NCBI GenBank assembly: GCA_963662235.1
Contig: OY759308.1
Coordinates: 1,398,109-1,462,108 of the forward strand
DNA: 64,000 nucleotides
Direction: 5' to 3'
Origin: Desulfobacterales bacterium
Lineage (GTDB): Bacteria > Desulfobacterota > Desulfobacteria > Desulfobacterales > G963662235
Made by a program: the position numbers and the translations under genes. Positions within the stretch are counted from its first letter, which is position 1. The number at the start of each line of letters is the position of its first letter. The notes under the pieces were generated by a model. The model saw only the letters and a program-made list of their open reading frames with translations. It made no database searches and was not told the DNA's origin. Positions 29,113-39,630 of the stretch are shown here, in pieces.

Positions 29113-30100
29113 AAATATATTATCTATTAAATTTATCGTACTACTATCGTTTTTTTCTCTTTTGTTATTTGGAGAGGGAAGAGCAAAAACCATTATTAAT
29201 GGTATAGTAGCAGTCGTTAATGAAGATATAATTACTTATAGAGATTTAGAAAGCAGTTTAAAACCATACATTCCTTATATTAAAGAAAAATATCGTACAG
29301 AAAAAGACAGGGAAAAAGCTTTTTTATTACTTAAGCAAAAGACGATAGAAAAACTTATAAATAATCAATTGATAGTTCAAAGAGCTAAGCTTTTAGGGAT
29401 TGAAGCAAGCAGCGAGCAGATTGATAGTGCTATAGAAGATATAAAAAAAAACAATTCGCTTGATGAAAAACAATTTGAAGCAAACCTTATAAAAGAGGGT
29501 TTGTCTCTTGAAATGTTAAGAAAAAAAATACAAGAACAGATTTTATATTCAAGAATTGCAAATTATAGGATAAAATCTAAGGTTGTAATTACAGAAAAAG
29601 ATATCGAAAACTATTATAGAGATAATATAGAAAAGTTTGGTGGTACCAAGATGTATCATCTTAGAAATATTGTCATAAAAACCCCTAAGTTTATGGACGA
29701 CTATCAACAAGCTGAAGTTACTCTTAAAATTACCGATGTAGAAAAAAAATTAAAAATGGGTATACCTTTTGAAAATGTAGCGAGAACATTTTCAGAAATT
29801 AGTAATAAAGACAAAGGTGGCGATTTAGGATTTATAAAGAAGGAAGATATAGCAAAAAACATAAGAGAAGAGATAGAAAAAACAGGTATTGGAAACTATA
29901 CAAAAACTTTAGAGATACAAAATTCTTATCAAATTTTTTATATAGAAGGAATTAAAGAGGGAAGGGCAGAGCCTCTTGAAAATGTACGAGATGAAATCGA
30001 AAAAAAACTATATGAAAAAGCCCTTGATACTAAATTTCAGGAATGGCTAAAAGAGTTAAGAGAAACAGCTTATATAAAAGTGATGGATAAAGATGATTAA
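29102..30100 (+). CDS. SurA-like peptidyl-prolyl isomerase (parvulin domain)
   Basis: Signal peptide, IVAVVNEDIITYRDLE (SurA-N) and GGDLGFIKKEDI (PpiC-type rotamase). Confidence 0.75.
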   Translation: MKSKNILSIKFIVLLSFFSLLLFGEGRAKTIINGIVAVVNEDIITYRDLESSLKPYIPYIKEKYRTEKDREKAFLLLKQKTIEKLINNQLIVQRAKLLGIEASSEQIDSAIEDIKKNNSLDEKQFEANLIKEGLSLEMLRKKIQEQILYSRIANYRIKSKVVITEKDIENYYRDNIEKFGGTKMYHLRNIVIKTPKFMDDYQQAEVTLKITDVEKKLKMGIPFENVARTFSEISNKDKGGDLGFIKKEDIAKNIREEIEKTGIGNYTKTLEIQNSYQIFYIEGIKEGRAEPLENVRDEIEKKLYEKALDTKFQEWLKELRETAYIKVMDKDD

Positions 30101-31457
30101 AGATAGAAATAGAATATTGCTTGATAGTATTAAAAGGCTTTTAAGACGGAAATCAAACAAACATCTGTGTAAAATCATAAACAAAATACATATAGCCGAT
30201 TTATCTACGCTATTCCCAGAATTGTCTACTATAGAACAAAAAACAGTTTTTGGTATGATTGATTCGCTTGAAAAACAAGGTGCTTTCCTTAGTGAACTCG
30301 ATAGGAAAAAATTTATAGAATTTATTGAAAATTTAAAAATAGAACGACTTGTAAAAATATTTGAAGCTATTCCTGCAGACGATGCAGCAGATTTAATAGC
30401 AAAATTGCCCGAAGACCAATCTGACAGCATTTTAAACTCTATGAGAAAAGAGGGTTCAGAAGAAGTCGAAAATCTTCTTCTTTATAAGGATGATAGTGCG
30501 GGCGGTATTATGAGTACAGATTTCATCTCGATATCTGAAGAAATTACCACAAAAGAAGCTATTGAACTTATACAGTCTAAATACTCCGATGTCGATGTCG
30601 CTTTTTATGTTTATGTTATTAATAAACACGAGAACCTTGTAGGAGTGGTTTCCTTAAGACAACTTGTTATAGAAAAACCGAGTGCTCAAATTAAAGACTT
30701 TATGACAACAGATGTGTTTTCTGTAAAAACTGATGTGGACCAAGAAGAGGTAGCAAAAATAGTTACTCGTTACGATTTGTTAGCTGTTCCTGTTATCGAT
30801 AATGAGCAGAAACTTGTAGGGGTCGTTACAGTAGACGATATTATAGATATTATAAAACAAGAAGCTACAGAAGATATCTTAAAAATGGGTGGTATTGGAG
30901 TTGACGAATTTATTGAAACTCAACCTATCTTTAAAAGTACTCAAAAAAGGTTTCCTTGGCTTTTAGCAAGTTGTCTTGGAGGTATAATATCTTTTTTTAT
31001 AATAGAATATTTTGAAAAAAGCCTTTATCAATATGCGTTTTTAGCTGCATTTATCCCAATTATTATGGGTATGGGAGGAAATATTGGGATACAATCTTCA
31101 ACAATAGTTATAAGGGGATTGGCTACAGGCAGTTTGAATATAAACAATATTTTTTCGGTTGTGTTAAAAGAGGTAATAATAGGTTCTCTGCTTGGTATTA
31201 TCTATGGGACTATTATTGCGTCTGTTGCAAGGTTTAATTTTCCTATACAATATTTTTCTATAGCTGTTGGTTTGTCTGTTGTAGTTTCTATGGGAGTTGC
31301 TGCTTTTGTAGGTTCTCTTTTACCTATGATATTTGCGAAACTTGATATAGACCCTGCAATTGCAACAGGACCTTTTGTAACAACTGCTATAGATATCATA
31401 AGTGTCTTTTTCTACTTTTTTATAGCTCTTCGTTTTCTCAGTATGGCAGCAATGTAA
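30093..31457 (+). CDS. mgtE: Magnesium transporter MgtE
   Basis: MgtE N-domain, a tandem CBS pair (LLAVPVIDNEQKLVGVVTVDDIIDI), and five C-terminal TM helices with GMGGNIGIQSSTI. Confidence 0.93.
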   Translation: MIKDRNRILLDSIKRLLRRKSNKHLCKIINKIHIADLSTLFPELSTIEQKTVFGMIDSLEKQGAFLSELDRKKFIEFIENLKIERLVKIFEAIPADDAADLIAKLPEDQSDSILNSMRKEGSEEVENLLLYKDDSAGGIMSTDFISISEEITTKEAIELIQSKYSDVDVAFYVYVINKHENLVGVVSLRQLVIEKPSAQIKDFMTTDVFSVKTDVDQEEVAKIVTRYDLLAVPVIDNEQKLVGVVTVDDIIDIIKQEATEDILKMGGIGVDEFIETQPIFKSTQKRFPWLLASCLGGIISFFIIEYFEKSLYQYAFLAAFIPIIMGMGGNIGIQSSTIVIRGLATGSLNINNIFSVVLKEVIIGSLLGIIYGTIIASVARFNFPIQYFSIAVGLSVVVSMGVAAFVGSLLPMIFAKLDIDPAIATGPFVTTAIDIISVFFYFFIALRFLSMAAM

Positions 31458-31461
31458 TAAA

Positions 31462-32229
31462 ATGGCAGAAATTTCTGATGAAGCTATTTTGCTTAAAAAA
31501 ACAGAGCATAAAGATCAAAACTATATTCTTCTTCTTTTTACCAAGAACAATGGTAAAGTCTCTGTAATAGCAAAAAACGCTAAAAAAAGTATAATAAGAT
31601 TTCAAGGTACTTTAGACCTTTTCAATGAAATTAACGTTATTTATGAAGACAAAAAACCTCTATCTTTTCTAAAAGAAGCATCTCTTCAAACTCCATTTAT
31701 GAATATAAGAAAAAATGTAAAAAAAATAGCTTATGTAAGTTATTTTGCAGAAATATTGATACATTGGTTTGAAATGTGCAAAAGCGAGAGAAAGATATAT
31801 GACCTCTTACGCTATATTTTATTAGCAATAGATGAAGATAAAATTTCTACTGATGTCTTAAGTGTTTTTTTTCAAATTCGCTTTCTTAATCTTATAGGAA
31901 TAACACCTAATTTTACACATTGCTTAAAGTGCAATAAGAATCTATTTAAAGATACTAAAAGCAACACTTTTATGTTTAATATAGGAAAGGGCGGAATGGT
32001 TTGCAGTGATTGTTATAAAGAAAATAACAATAAAAACACGACATCGCTTTCAAAGGGAGCAATAAAACAGCTTAGTTTAATCAATAGTGTAAGTATCGAA
32101 AAAGCAGAAAGGATAAAGTTTACAAAAGATACATTAAGCGAAAGCCTTAGTTTTCTCGAAAACTTTTTACTGTTTTATTTGGATGTTAAGCCCAAATCGT
32201 TAGAATTTATTTATAAAGTTTGCAGATAA
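31462..32229 (+). CDS. recO: DNA repair protein RecO
   Basis: OB-fold N-terminus and Zn finger CLKCNK...CSDCY. Confidence 0.85.
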   Translation: MAEISDEAILLKKTEHKDQNYILLLFTKNNGKVSVIAKNAKKSIIRFQGTLDLFNEINVIYEDKKPLSFLKEASLQTPFMNIRKNVKKIAYVSYFAEILIHWFEMCKSERKIYDLLRYILLAIDEDKISTDVLSVFFQIRFLNLIGITPNFTHCLKCNKNLFKDTKSNTFMFNIGKGGMVCSDCYKENNNKNTTSLSKGAIKQLSLINSVSIEKAERIKFTKDTLSESLSFLENFLLFYLDVKPKSLEFIYKVCR

Positions 32230-33257
32230 TGAAACTTAAAAAACCTATTATATTTTCTTATACAATTTTAATTATATCACTTTTTGTTTTTACAAAAGCT
32301 TGTTTAGATATGGTAACTTTTGTTCAAACTCCTGCCGTATTAACAAAAACAGAGTATATTATAGAAAAAAATATAGATATACCTGCTGGTGCAACTTTAA
32401 ACGATATTGCAAAGCAACTTTATCAAGAAAAAATCATAACAAATATACGAAAATTCAAACTACTTGCATACCTTAGAAATAAAACAAAAAAAATTCAGGC
32501 GGGGGAATATAGAGTAAGCTCTTATATGACACCAAATCAAATTTTAGATGTTATTATATCTAAAGAAACAGTTTTGTATAAAATTACAATCCCAGAAGGT
32601 TACAATTTAAGGCAAATTGCAACTACACTAACAAACAACAATATAGTTGATGAAAATAAGTTTATGTATTGGGCAACCAATAAGCAGTTTATAAAGGAAA
32701 AAAAAATTAATGCCGATTCGTTAGAAGGTTATCTTTTCCCTGAAACATATTTTCTGACAAAAAATATGAATGAAAAGACAGTAATCAATATAATGGTTAG
32801 CTGTCTTAAAAGTAAAATTAAACCAGAATGGCAAAAAAGAGCAAAAGAGTTAAATTTAAGTTTTCATCAAATTCTTACACTTGCTTCTATAATCGAAAAA
32901 GAGACTTATATAAATGACGAAAAAAAAATTATATCTTCTGTTTTTCATAATAGATTAAAAAAAAAGATGAGACTTAGAGCCGACCCTACAGTTATATACG
33001 GGATAGAAAATTTTAATGGTAATATAACAAAAAAAAATTTAAGGAAAAGACATCCATATAACACCTATGTAATCAAAGGTCTTCCTCCAGGTCCTATTGC
33101 AAGTCCCGGATTTTATTCAATTCAAGCAGCACTTTATCCTTCAAAAACTAAATATCTGTATTTTGTAGCAAAAAAAAACGGTCGCCATAAATTTTCTACA
33201 AATATAAAAGACCACAATAGAGCTGTCTATAAATATCAAATAAGAAAAAGAAGATGA
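32220..33257 (+). CDS. mltG: Endolytic murein transglycosylase MltG (YceG-like)
   Basis: N-terminal TM, with LEGYLFPETYF, LTLASIIEKE and PYNTYVIKGLPPGPIASPG. Confidence 0.92.
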   Translation: MQIMKLKKPIIFSYTILIISLFVFTKACLDMVTFVQTPAVLTKTEYIIEKNIDIPAGATLNDIAKQLYQEKIITNIRKFKLLAYLRNKTKKIQAGEYRVSSYMTPNQILDVIISKETVLYKITIPEGYNLRQIATTLTNNNIVDENKFMYWATNKQFIKEKKINADSLEGYLFPETYFLTKNMNEKTVINIMVSCLKSKIKPEWQKRAKELNLSFHQILTLASIIEKETYINDEKKIISSVFHNRLKKKMRLRADPTVIYGIENFNGNITKKNLRKRHPYNTYVIKGLPPGPIASPGFYSIQAALYPSKTKYLYFVAKKNGRHKFSTNIKDHNRAVYKYQIRKRR

Positions 33258-34234
33258 CACTCAAATTATCAAATAAAAAAAAAGCGGGATTAAGATTTAT
33301 TTTTGGATTCAATGGCACATCTTTAAATGATGATTTAAAATATATAATAAAAGAGTTGCAATGTTCTGGAATTATACTTTTTTCAAGGAATATTGAAAAT
33401 CCCGAACAGTTAAGAAAAATGTGCTTTGACGCTCAAAATTATGCAAAAAAATGTGGCAACTATCCTCTTTTTATAGCAATCGATCAAGAAGGCGGTATTG
33501 TAGCAAGACTTAAAGAGCCAGAATTTAAGGTGCTTAAAGGATTACCTTTTTTAAAAACAACTTCTGATGTCAAAAAGGAGACCTTGATTTGTGCAGATGA
33601 ACTTAATAAATTGGGTATAAATTTTAATATGGTACCAGTTTTAGATATAAACTCTGGTTCTGATAGTATAATGAAAGACAGGAGCTTTTCGAGCAATCCT
33701 AATAAAGTTGCAGAGCTTGGTGCTAAAATGATAAAATATTTTACAAAAAATGGGATTTTTACATCGGCAAAACATTTTCCAGGAATAGGGCGGACGACTT
33801 TAGATTCTCATTTTCATTTGCCAATAGTAGATGTAGATATAGATGAATTACATAAGGTTGAGTTAGTTCCATTTAAAGAAGCAATAAAATCGGATGTTCC
33901 TTTTATTATGTTGTCGCACATTATTTATAATAAGTTAGATAAATATCCTGCAAGCCTTTCAAAAAAAATTGCAAAAAAACTTCTTAGAGAGAATTTAGGT
34001 TATAATGGAATTGTTATTACAGACGACCTTGATATGAAAGCTTTAGATGAATTTAGTATGAGTACTATTATTAAAAACATAATTGAAGCTGATATAGATA
34101 TAATCCTTATTTGCCATAAAGGGAAGAGAACAGAGGCTTTTTATGAAACCTTAAAATATATTGAAAAAGATGAAAAATATTATTTAGATTCTATTAGACG
34201 AATAAATAAAAAAAAACGAGACCTTTGCACATAA
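33254..34234 (+). CDS. nagZ: Beta-N-acetylhexosaminidase (GH3, NagZ)
   Basis: IDQEGGIVARL, KHFPGIGRTTLDSH and GIVITDDLDM. The last 5 codons plus the stop (RDLCT*) lie in a MITE terminus. Confidence 0.9.
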   Translation: MTLKLSNKKKAGLRFIFGFNGTSLNDDLKYIIKELQCSGIILFSRNIENPEQLRKMCFDAQNYAKKCGNYPLFIAIDQEGGIVARLKEPEFKVLKGLPFLKTTSDVKKETLICADELNKLGINFNMVPVLDINSGSDSIMKDRSFSSNPNKVAELGAKMIKYFTKNGIFTSAKHFPGIGRTTLDSHFHLPIVDVDIDELHKVELVPFKEAIKSDVPFIMLSHIIYNKLDKYPASLSKKIAKKLLRENLGYNGIVITDDLDMKALDEFSMSTIIKNIIEADIDIILICHKGKRTEAFYETLKYIEKDEKYYLDSIRRINKKKRDLCT

Positions 34235-34260
34235 TAAATAGAGCTATGTACAAAGGTCAC
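34218..34260 (+). repeat. Short-form MITE (termini only, 43 bp) with AAAAAC flanking direct repeats
   Basis: The sequence is gagacctttgcacataataaatagagctatgtacaaaggtcac. AAAAAC occurs at 34212..34217 and 34261..34266. Confidence 0.8.
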
Positions 34261-34290
34261 AAAAACTTTATTTTGAAAAGATATTAAAAA

Positions 34291-36954
34291 ATGAAGCAAC
34301 CACCTATATTTAAAAAATTTTTAAATGACACATATCACCATTATAACTTTGAATTACCAGAAACAAAGAATAGATTTTTGGATATTCTATTAAAATTCTT
34401 TTTTTCTAAAATAAATGTTTATGGGAAAGATGTATTCAAAAATATTCCAGACGACTCAATCGTCGTTTATGTGGGTAAATATAAAAGTGTGTTTGAATTT
34501 TTATTTTACAATAAAACAGGCAGGAAAAACGATCTTCCTGTTCCTGAAATAGCTTTTGATAACTCTTTTTCCCTTTTTAAATCAGTTTCGTCATTCTCGA
34601 AGGTAATAGTTGCTAAATCGCTTTATTTTATAACTCATTTTAGATTTATTAATCCGTATAAAAATGGTTATCTAAAAGAAAAACTTTTAAGTGGGAAAAC
34701 AGGTTTTTTACATCTGTTTGGTAAAAACTCTTTTTATAATAGATTTGTAAAATCTAAAACAGACCCTATAGCATACTTACTAAAAACTCAAAAAGAGACA
34801 GGAAAAGATATATACTTAGTAACGCAAATTATGTTTTTTAGTATATTTCCTGAAAAAGAAAAAAAAAATATTTCACAAACTATATTGGGAACACAAGAAA
34901 GACCCAGTAAGATAAAGAGATTTTTTAAATTTTTTAAAAAAGGCAATATATTCGTAGAGTTTGGAGCAGTTATACGTCTTAAAGATTTTATTGCTGCTGA
35001 GGAAAACACAAATGAATCTTTAGAAAATTCTTCACAAAAACTCAGAAATTTACTCATAGAAAATTTTAATAGACACAGACAAAATGTAGCAGGTCCAATA
35101 CTAAAATCGAGGCAAGAAGTTATAGAAAGTATTTTAACATCACAAAATGTTAAAAACTTTATAAATGAGTATGCTATCGATAAAAAAAAACCTACTCAGG
35201 CAGTTTATAAAAAAGCCAATAATTATCTTAAAGAAATAGCTTCAGATTATAATCCTAACTATTTGATATTGTATAAGTTTATTTTAAACAAAGTTTTCAA
35301 TTCTCTTTTTGATGGGATTGTAACAAATATAGATGAGCTTAAAAAACTTAAGCTTAAATCTTCTATGTCGCCTATCGTTTTCGTCCCTTGTCACAAGAGC
35401 CATTTGGATTATTTATTAATATCGTATCTTTTGCATTACAATAATATGCCTTGTCCTTGTATAGCAGCAGGTAAAAACCTCTCTTTTTGGCCACTTGGTT
35501 CAATCTTTAGAAAAGGGGGGGCGTTTTTTTTAAGAAGAACTTTTAAAGGAGCAAACTTATATACAAAGGTTTTTTCTGAATATGTAGAAAAAATATTAAA
35601 AGAGGGTTTTAATATCGAACTTTTTATTGAAGGAGGCAGAAGCAGAACAGGTAAGCTTTTATCTCCAAAATTAGGTCTTTTGTCTTTTCTTTTAAAAGCT
35701 TACAAGAACAAAGCTTGTGAGGATTTAATTTTTGTACCTATTTATGTAGGCTACGATAGGATACTCGAAGAAAAGTCTTATATAAAAGAGGTTAGGGGCG
35801 GTTCTAAAGATAATGAAAATTTAAAGCAAGTTTTAAAATCTAGTAAGTTTTTGAGAAAAAGAAAACATAGTAAAAAATATGGAAAAATATATATAAATTG
35901 CAATGAACCTATCTCTCTTAAAAAATATCTTATCAACACAAAGACTGATATAAATAGTATTGATGATTCTGGTTTTAAAAGTTTTTGTAAAAAATTTGGA
36001 CATAAATTAACAAGAGGCATAGATGCTAAAACGATAATAACGCCATATTCTATATTTGCAGCGACAATCTTAAATCAATCTAAAACTTACTTTAATCGCG
36101 AAGAGATGTTTGATTCATTTAATTTTTATTTAAGATTGATTAAGTCAAAATATGAAAATTTTTCAGATACATTAAAAGAAGATATAAATTTAGCTTTTGA
36201 AAATATCTTGTTTGTTTATGAAAAAAGAGGATTTATAAAAAAGTATAAAGATAAAGATACCGAAATTGAACTTGATACTGTGTATAAACTAAATGAGACA
36301 AGCAGAACGAGAGTTGAATATTATAAAAACAATTCTGTAACTTTTTTTGTTCCTCTTGCTTTTACAGCTTTTGCAATACTTAATAAAACAAAGGATGCAA
36401 AGGACACGGATAATGCAAAAAACGCAAATAACGCAAATAACGTAAAAAAATTTGATGCAGATAGTTTGATAGAAATTTATGACAAACTAAGTTTTATATT
36501 ATCAAATGAATTTTTCTATCATCGAAAAAATAAAGCTTCCAAGAATTTTATAAAAGATAGCTTAGACGTTTTGGTAGATGAAAATATAGTTATAAAGAAA
36601 GAAGATGAACTTTATCTAATACAAGAAGAAACAGGATGTAATAGTTTAAAAACTATAGCTTTTTTATTAAAAAGCTATTTAGAGTCTTATAGTGTTGTTT
36701 TTGAATATATGTACAAACTTCCCGAAAAAAAAAGTATTAAACTATCTGATAAAGAAAAAATAAAAAATATTACTTTATTGGGCGAAAGAATGCTCGAAAG
36801 AAATATTATAGGACTTAGAGAATCTATATCAAAAATGAATTATAAAAATGCATTGTCTCTCTTAAAAAACAACGAGTTAATCTCTAAAAACAAAGAAGAG
36901 CTTAGGGTTTTAGAAGAGTTTATTCGTAAACACCTAAAGCTTATTGAATACTAA
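34291..36954 (+). CDS. plsB: Glycerol-3-phosphate acyltransferase PlsB
   Basis: HX4D motif PCHKSHLDYLL, plus FFLRRTF and EGGRSRTGKLL. Size of 887 aa fits the family. Confidence 0.9.
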   Translation: MKQPPIFKKFLNDTYHHYNFELPETKNRFLDILLKFFFSKINVYGKDVFKNIPDDSIVVYVGKYKSVFEFLFYNKTGRKNDLPVPEIAFDNSFSLFKSVSSFSKVIVAKSLYFITHFRFINPYKNGYLKEKLLSGKTGFLHLFGKNSFYNRFVKSKTDPIAYLLKTQKETGKDIYLVTQIMFFSIFPEKEKKNISQTILGTQERPSKIKRFFKFFKKGNIFVEFGAVIRLKDFIAAEENTNESLENSSQKLRNLLIENFNRHRQNVAGPILKSRQEVIESILTSQNVKNFINEYAIDKKKPTQAVYKKANNYLKEIASDYNPNYLILYKFILNKVFNSLFDGIVTNIDELKKLKLKSSMSPIVFVPCHKSHLDYLLISYLLHYNNMPCPCIAAGKNLSFWPLGSIFRKGGAFFLRRTFKGANLYTKVFSEYVEKILKEGFNIELFIEGGRSRTGKLLSPKLGLLSFLLKAYKNKACEDLIFVPIYVGYDRILEEKSYIKEVRGGSKDNENLKQVLKSSKFLRKRKHSKKYGKIYINCNEPISLKKYLINTKTDINSIDDSGFKSFCKKFGHKLTRGIDAKTIITPYSIFAATILNQSKTYFNREEMFDSFNFYLRLIKSKYENFSDTLKEDINLAFENILFVYEKRGFIKKYKDKDTEIELDTVYKLNETSRTRVEYYKNNSVTFFVPLAFTAFAILNKTKDAKDTDNAKNANNANNVKKFDADSLIEIYDKLSFILSNEFFYHRKNKASKNFIKDSLDVLVDENIVIKKEDELYLIQEETGCNSLKTIAFLLKSYLESYSVVFEYMYKLPEKKSIKLSDKEKIKNITLLGERMLERNIIGLRESISKMNYKNALSLLKNNELISKNKEELRVLEEFIRKHLKLIEY

Positions 36955-36970
36955 ATTAAAGGTTTATTTG

Positions 36971-37801
36971 ATGGATAAGAACAAAGTAAAACTATCTGTT
37001 TTTATAATTGCAAAAAATGAAGAAAACAGAATTGCAAGAGCAATCAATTCGGTTAAAAATATAGCAGAGGAAGTCATTGTTGTCGAATATGGAAGTGATG
37101 ACAAAACAGTTGAAGTGGCAAAAGAGTGTGGTGCAACTGTTGTTCATAATAAATGGGAAGGTTTTGGGCAGCAAAAACGTTTTGGTGAAGATCAATGTAA
37201 AAATGACTGGGTTTTAAATATCGATGCCGATGAAGAGGTTTCACCTAAACTTGCTGAAGAGATAGTAGGTATGTTTAAAAATGGTACTATAGATAATTAT
37301 GTCGGCTATAAAAGCAGGTCTGTGATGATGTTTGCTTATGAGAAAAAACCTAGACCTTTTTCGCACTCAAGATGGTGGATAAGGCTTTATAATAAAAAAA
37401 AAGCTCGTTTCCAAAATCATTCGACATATGATGTTGTGGTTATTAATGGAGAGGGCCCTGGTAGTAAAAAAGAGAAGAAATTAATGAGAAAATTAAAAGG
37501 GGTTATGTATCATCGTTCTATATTATCCTCAACATTTAGCGTTGTAAAGTTTAATAGATATACGAGTATGCTTGCAGAGGATGCTTTGAGTAAAAACAAA
37601 AAATACTCTACAATAGACCTGCTTTTTGTTTTTCCAATCGCTTTTATGAAAAGATTTTTCATTAGTCGCTTCTTTATTTATGGAATTGATGGTTTTTTTT
37701 ATAGTATGATGAATGCTTTTAGCAGAACTTTAAAATACTATAAAATAAGAGAGATTCATATGCTTGAAGAGTTAAAGAAAGAAAAAGAGAAGGAGCTTTA
37801 A
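36971..37801 (+). CDS. Family 2 glycosyltransferase
   Basis: LSVFIIAKNEENRIARAINSV...GSDDKTVEVA...NIDADEE. I prefer the ATG at 36971 over the TTG at 36944, which overlaps plsB. Confidence 0.8.
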   Translation: MDKNKVKLSVFIIAKNEENRIARAINSVKNIAEEVIVVEYGSDDKTVEVAKECGATVVHNKWEGFGQQKRFGEDQCKNDWVLNIDADEEVSPKLAEEIVGMFKNGTIDNYVGYKSRSVMMFAYEKKPRPFSHSRWWIRLYNKKKARFQNHSTYDVVVINGEGPGSKKEKKLMRKLKGVMYHRSILSSTFSVVKFNRYTSMLAEDALSKNKKYSTIDLLFVFPIAFMKRFFISRFFIYGIDGFFYSMMNAFSRTLKYYKIREIHMLEELKKEKEKEL

Positions 37802-37805
37802 AGGG

Positions 37806-38498
37806 ATGCTAATATCTTCAAATAAAAACAAAAATAATAATATTTTAGCAATTGGAGCTCATCCTGATGATATAGAGTTTGGCACAGCGGGCTTTTTATT
37901 AAAATCTATTAGTGAGTTTGATGCTAATATACATATAGCCATTATGACATACGGAACATATGGCAAAGAAGAAAGTGACAGGTTTGAAATAGGTGATAGA
38001 GCAAAAGAGGCTCTTGATTCTACTCAAAGACTTTTAAATGTTTCTAAAAATATTGCTCAAAAGAAACTTCATTTTGGAGAATTTCAAGATTGTCAGTTAT
38101 CTAATTCAGGGCATAGTTTAATTCGTTATATTGAAAAATTAATACATAAAATAAAACCAAATATAGTTTTAACACATTCCTATGGGGATTTTCATGACGA
38201 CCATAGACAAGTTAATAGGGCAACTGTTTCTGCGGCAAGAAATTTTCAAGGCTCTCTTTTATTTTATCAATCTCCATCAACAATTCCTAATGAATTCGCT
38301 CCAAATTTTTTTGTTCAACTCACAAAAGAAGAGTTTAATAAAAAAATGTCATTATTAAAAATCCATTCCAGTCAAAAAGACAAAAGATATATGTCATCAA
38401 AACACAACACAAAAATTGCAGAAGCTTGGGCAGAGTTCCACAGAATGCCAGAAGAAACGAAGTTAGAAGCTTTCATAGTTTATAAGTCTTTTTTTTAA
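37806..38498 (+). CDS. PIG-L/LmbE family deacetylase
   Basis: ILAIGAHPDDIEFGTAG...HDDHRQV. Confidence 0.85.
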   Translation: MLISSNKNKNNNILAIGAHPDDIEFGTAGFLLKSISEFDANIHIAIMTYGTYGKEESDRFEIGDRAKEALDSTQRLLNVSKNIAQKKLHFGEFQDCQLSNSGHSLIRYIEKLIHKIKPNIVLTHSYGDFHDDHRQVNRATVSAARNFQGSLLFYQSPSTIPNEFAPNFFVQLTKEEFNKKMSLLKIHSSQKDKRYMSSKHNTKIAEAWAEFHRMPEETKLEAFIVYKSFF

Positions 38499-38800
38499 TC
38501 AATTATAAAAGTCATTAAAAATTAATCAAAATTAATAGCAGGGTGAATTATAAAACCAATCTTTTTTGATAATTAAAAAAGTTTACATAATATATCTTAT
38601 CAGACGTTTTAAAAATATACATACAATATGTTGTGGTTTAGACTCATTGTAGAACACAAGATATTTTTGAAGAATATCTTTAATATCTTTTAAGTAAATT
38701 TTCTTATCATCAATTGGTTGTTTGATTTATGGGATATCTGTCTAAAAGAACCTTTTGTGTTGTTGTGCAGTTAACAATTGTTGGCTATACTTCAAACATA

Positions 38801-38838
38801 AAAAAAGGGAGACTTTTTGGAAAAGCCTCCCTTTTTTA
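38801..38838. terminator. Bidirectional rho-independent terminator
   Basis: AAAAAAA-GGGAGAC-tttttggaaaa-GCCTCCC-TTTTTT between convergent genes. A second small hairpin, aacgaatatttgttcgtt, follows. Confidence 0.6.
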
Positions 38839-39157
38839 GAAAAACGAATATTTGTTCGTTACTTTGTTATAAAACTTTTTTTACAATTTCCTTATTTTTT
38901 TTATTGATAATGTTTAGTGTTAAAGCTTTTTTTATTATTTAAAAGGAATCTTACAAAAGCTTTTTTCTAAAACAAATCTAAATTGGCTTATAGCAAACAT
39001 AGGCCTCTATACTTAATTGATAACAATATTAAAAAAGAAATTGAAACAAACTGTTGAAAAAACAACCCTTCGATATCCATTATTGAATAATAACTTTAAA
39101 AGTAACACTTTAAGTATTTTATTATTGTTTTTGTGAGCTTTAATGCTTTACTTTAAC

Positions 39158-39580
39158 CTAAATGTTGCTTTTGGTAACATTGGCATCTGGTTTAGGTGAA
39201 GCTGTTATTTTGTTAAGTTGGTTTGATTTTTCAATAATATCACCTTTTTCTACAACGCGAACTTCTGAATTTACTACCCCACCCTCTTCAATGCTTATTT
39301 GTCTACATATAACTTTACCAGAGCAAGAGCCTTCGGATAAAATTTTAAACAAATTATCAGCTTTAATAGAGCCTTCAAATTGTCCATTTATAAGTATAGT
39401 TTCAGTTTCTATGTCAGCAAAAACTTTACCTTCTTTAGCGATAGTAATTTTTTTAGCTTTGATATCTCCCTTAACATTGCCTCTTATTAAAAGATTAGAT
39501 TCTTTCCCTAAAATATTTCCTTCAATGCTGACATTTTCATTGATGATTGATAGATTTTCTTCCTGATTGTTTGTTGCCAT
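39158..39580 (-). CDS. Bactofilin (DUF583 polymer-forming cytoskeletal protein)
   Basis: Beta-helical repeat pattern IEGNILGKESNLLIRGNVKGDIKAKKITIAKEGKVFADIETETILINGQFEGSIKA. The ATG at 39580 has GAGG located 13 nt upstream. The track start at 39622 lies in a repeat hairpin. Confidence 0.85.
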   Translation of the reverse strand: MATNNQEENLSIINENVSIEGNILGKESNLLIRGNVKGDIKAKKITIAKEGKVFADIETETILINGQFEGSIKADNLFKILSEGSCSGKVICRQISIEEGGVVNSEVRVVEKGDIIEKSNQLNKITASPKPDANVTKSNI

Positions 39581-39600
39581 AATATAAAAAACCTCATTTA

Positions 39601-39629
39601 AGACTTTTACATATTTATGCAAATGTCTC
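39601..39629. repeat. Mini hairpin resembling the joined MITE termini
   Basis: agacttttacatat/ttatgcaaatgtct has arms related to gagacctttgcacat. Confidence 0.4.
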
Positions 39630-39630
39630 T

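Noticed and set aside
38583-38711. Possible DDE transposase C-terminal relic (YLVFYNESKPQH)
   Set aside because: A roughly 12-residue resemblance in AT-rich DNA is too weak to call as a feature. It is kept only as a note within the spacer finding.
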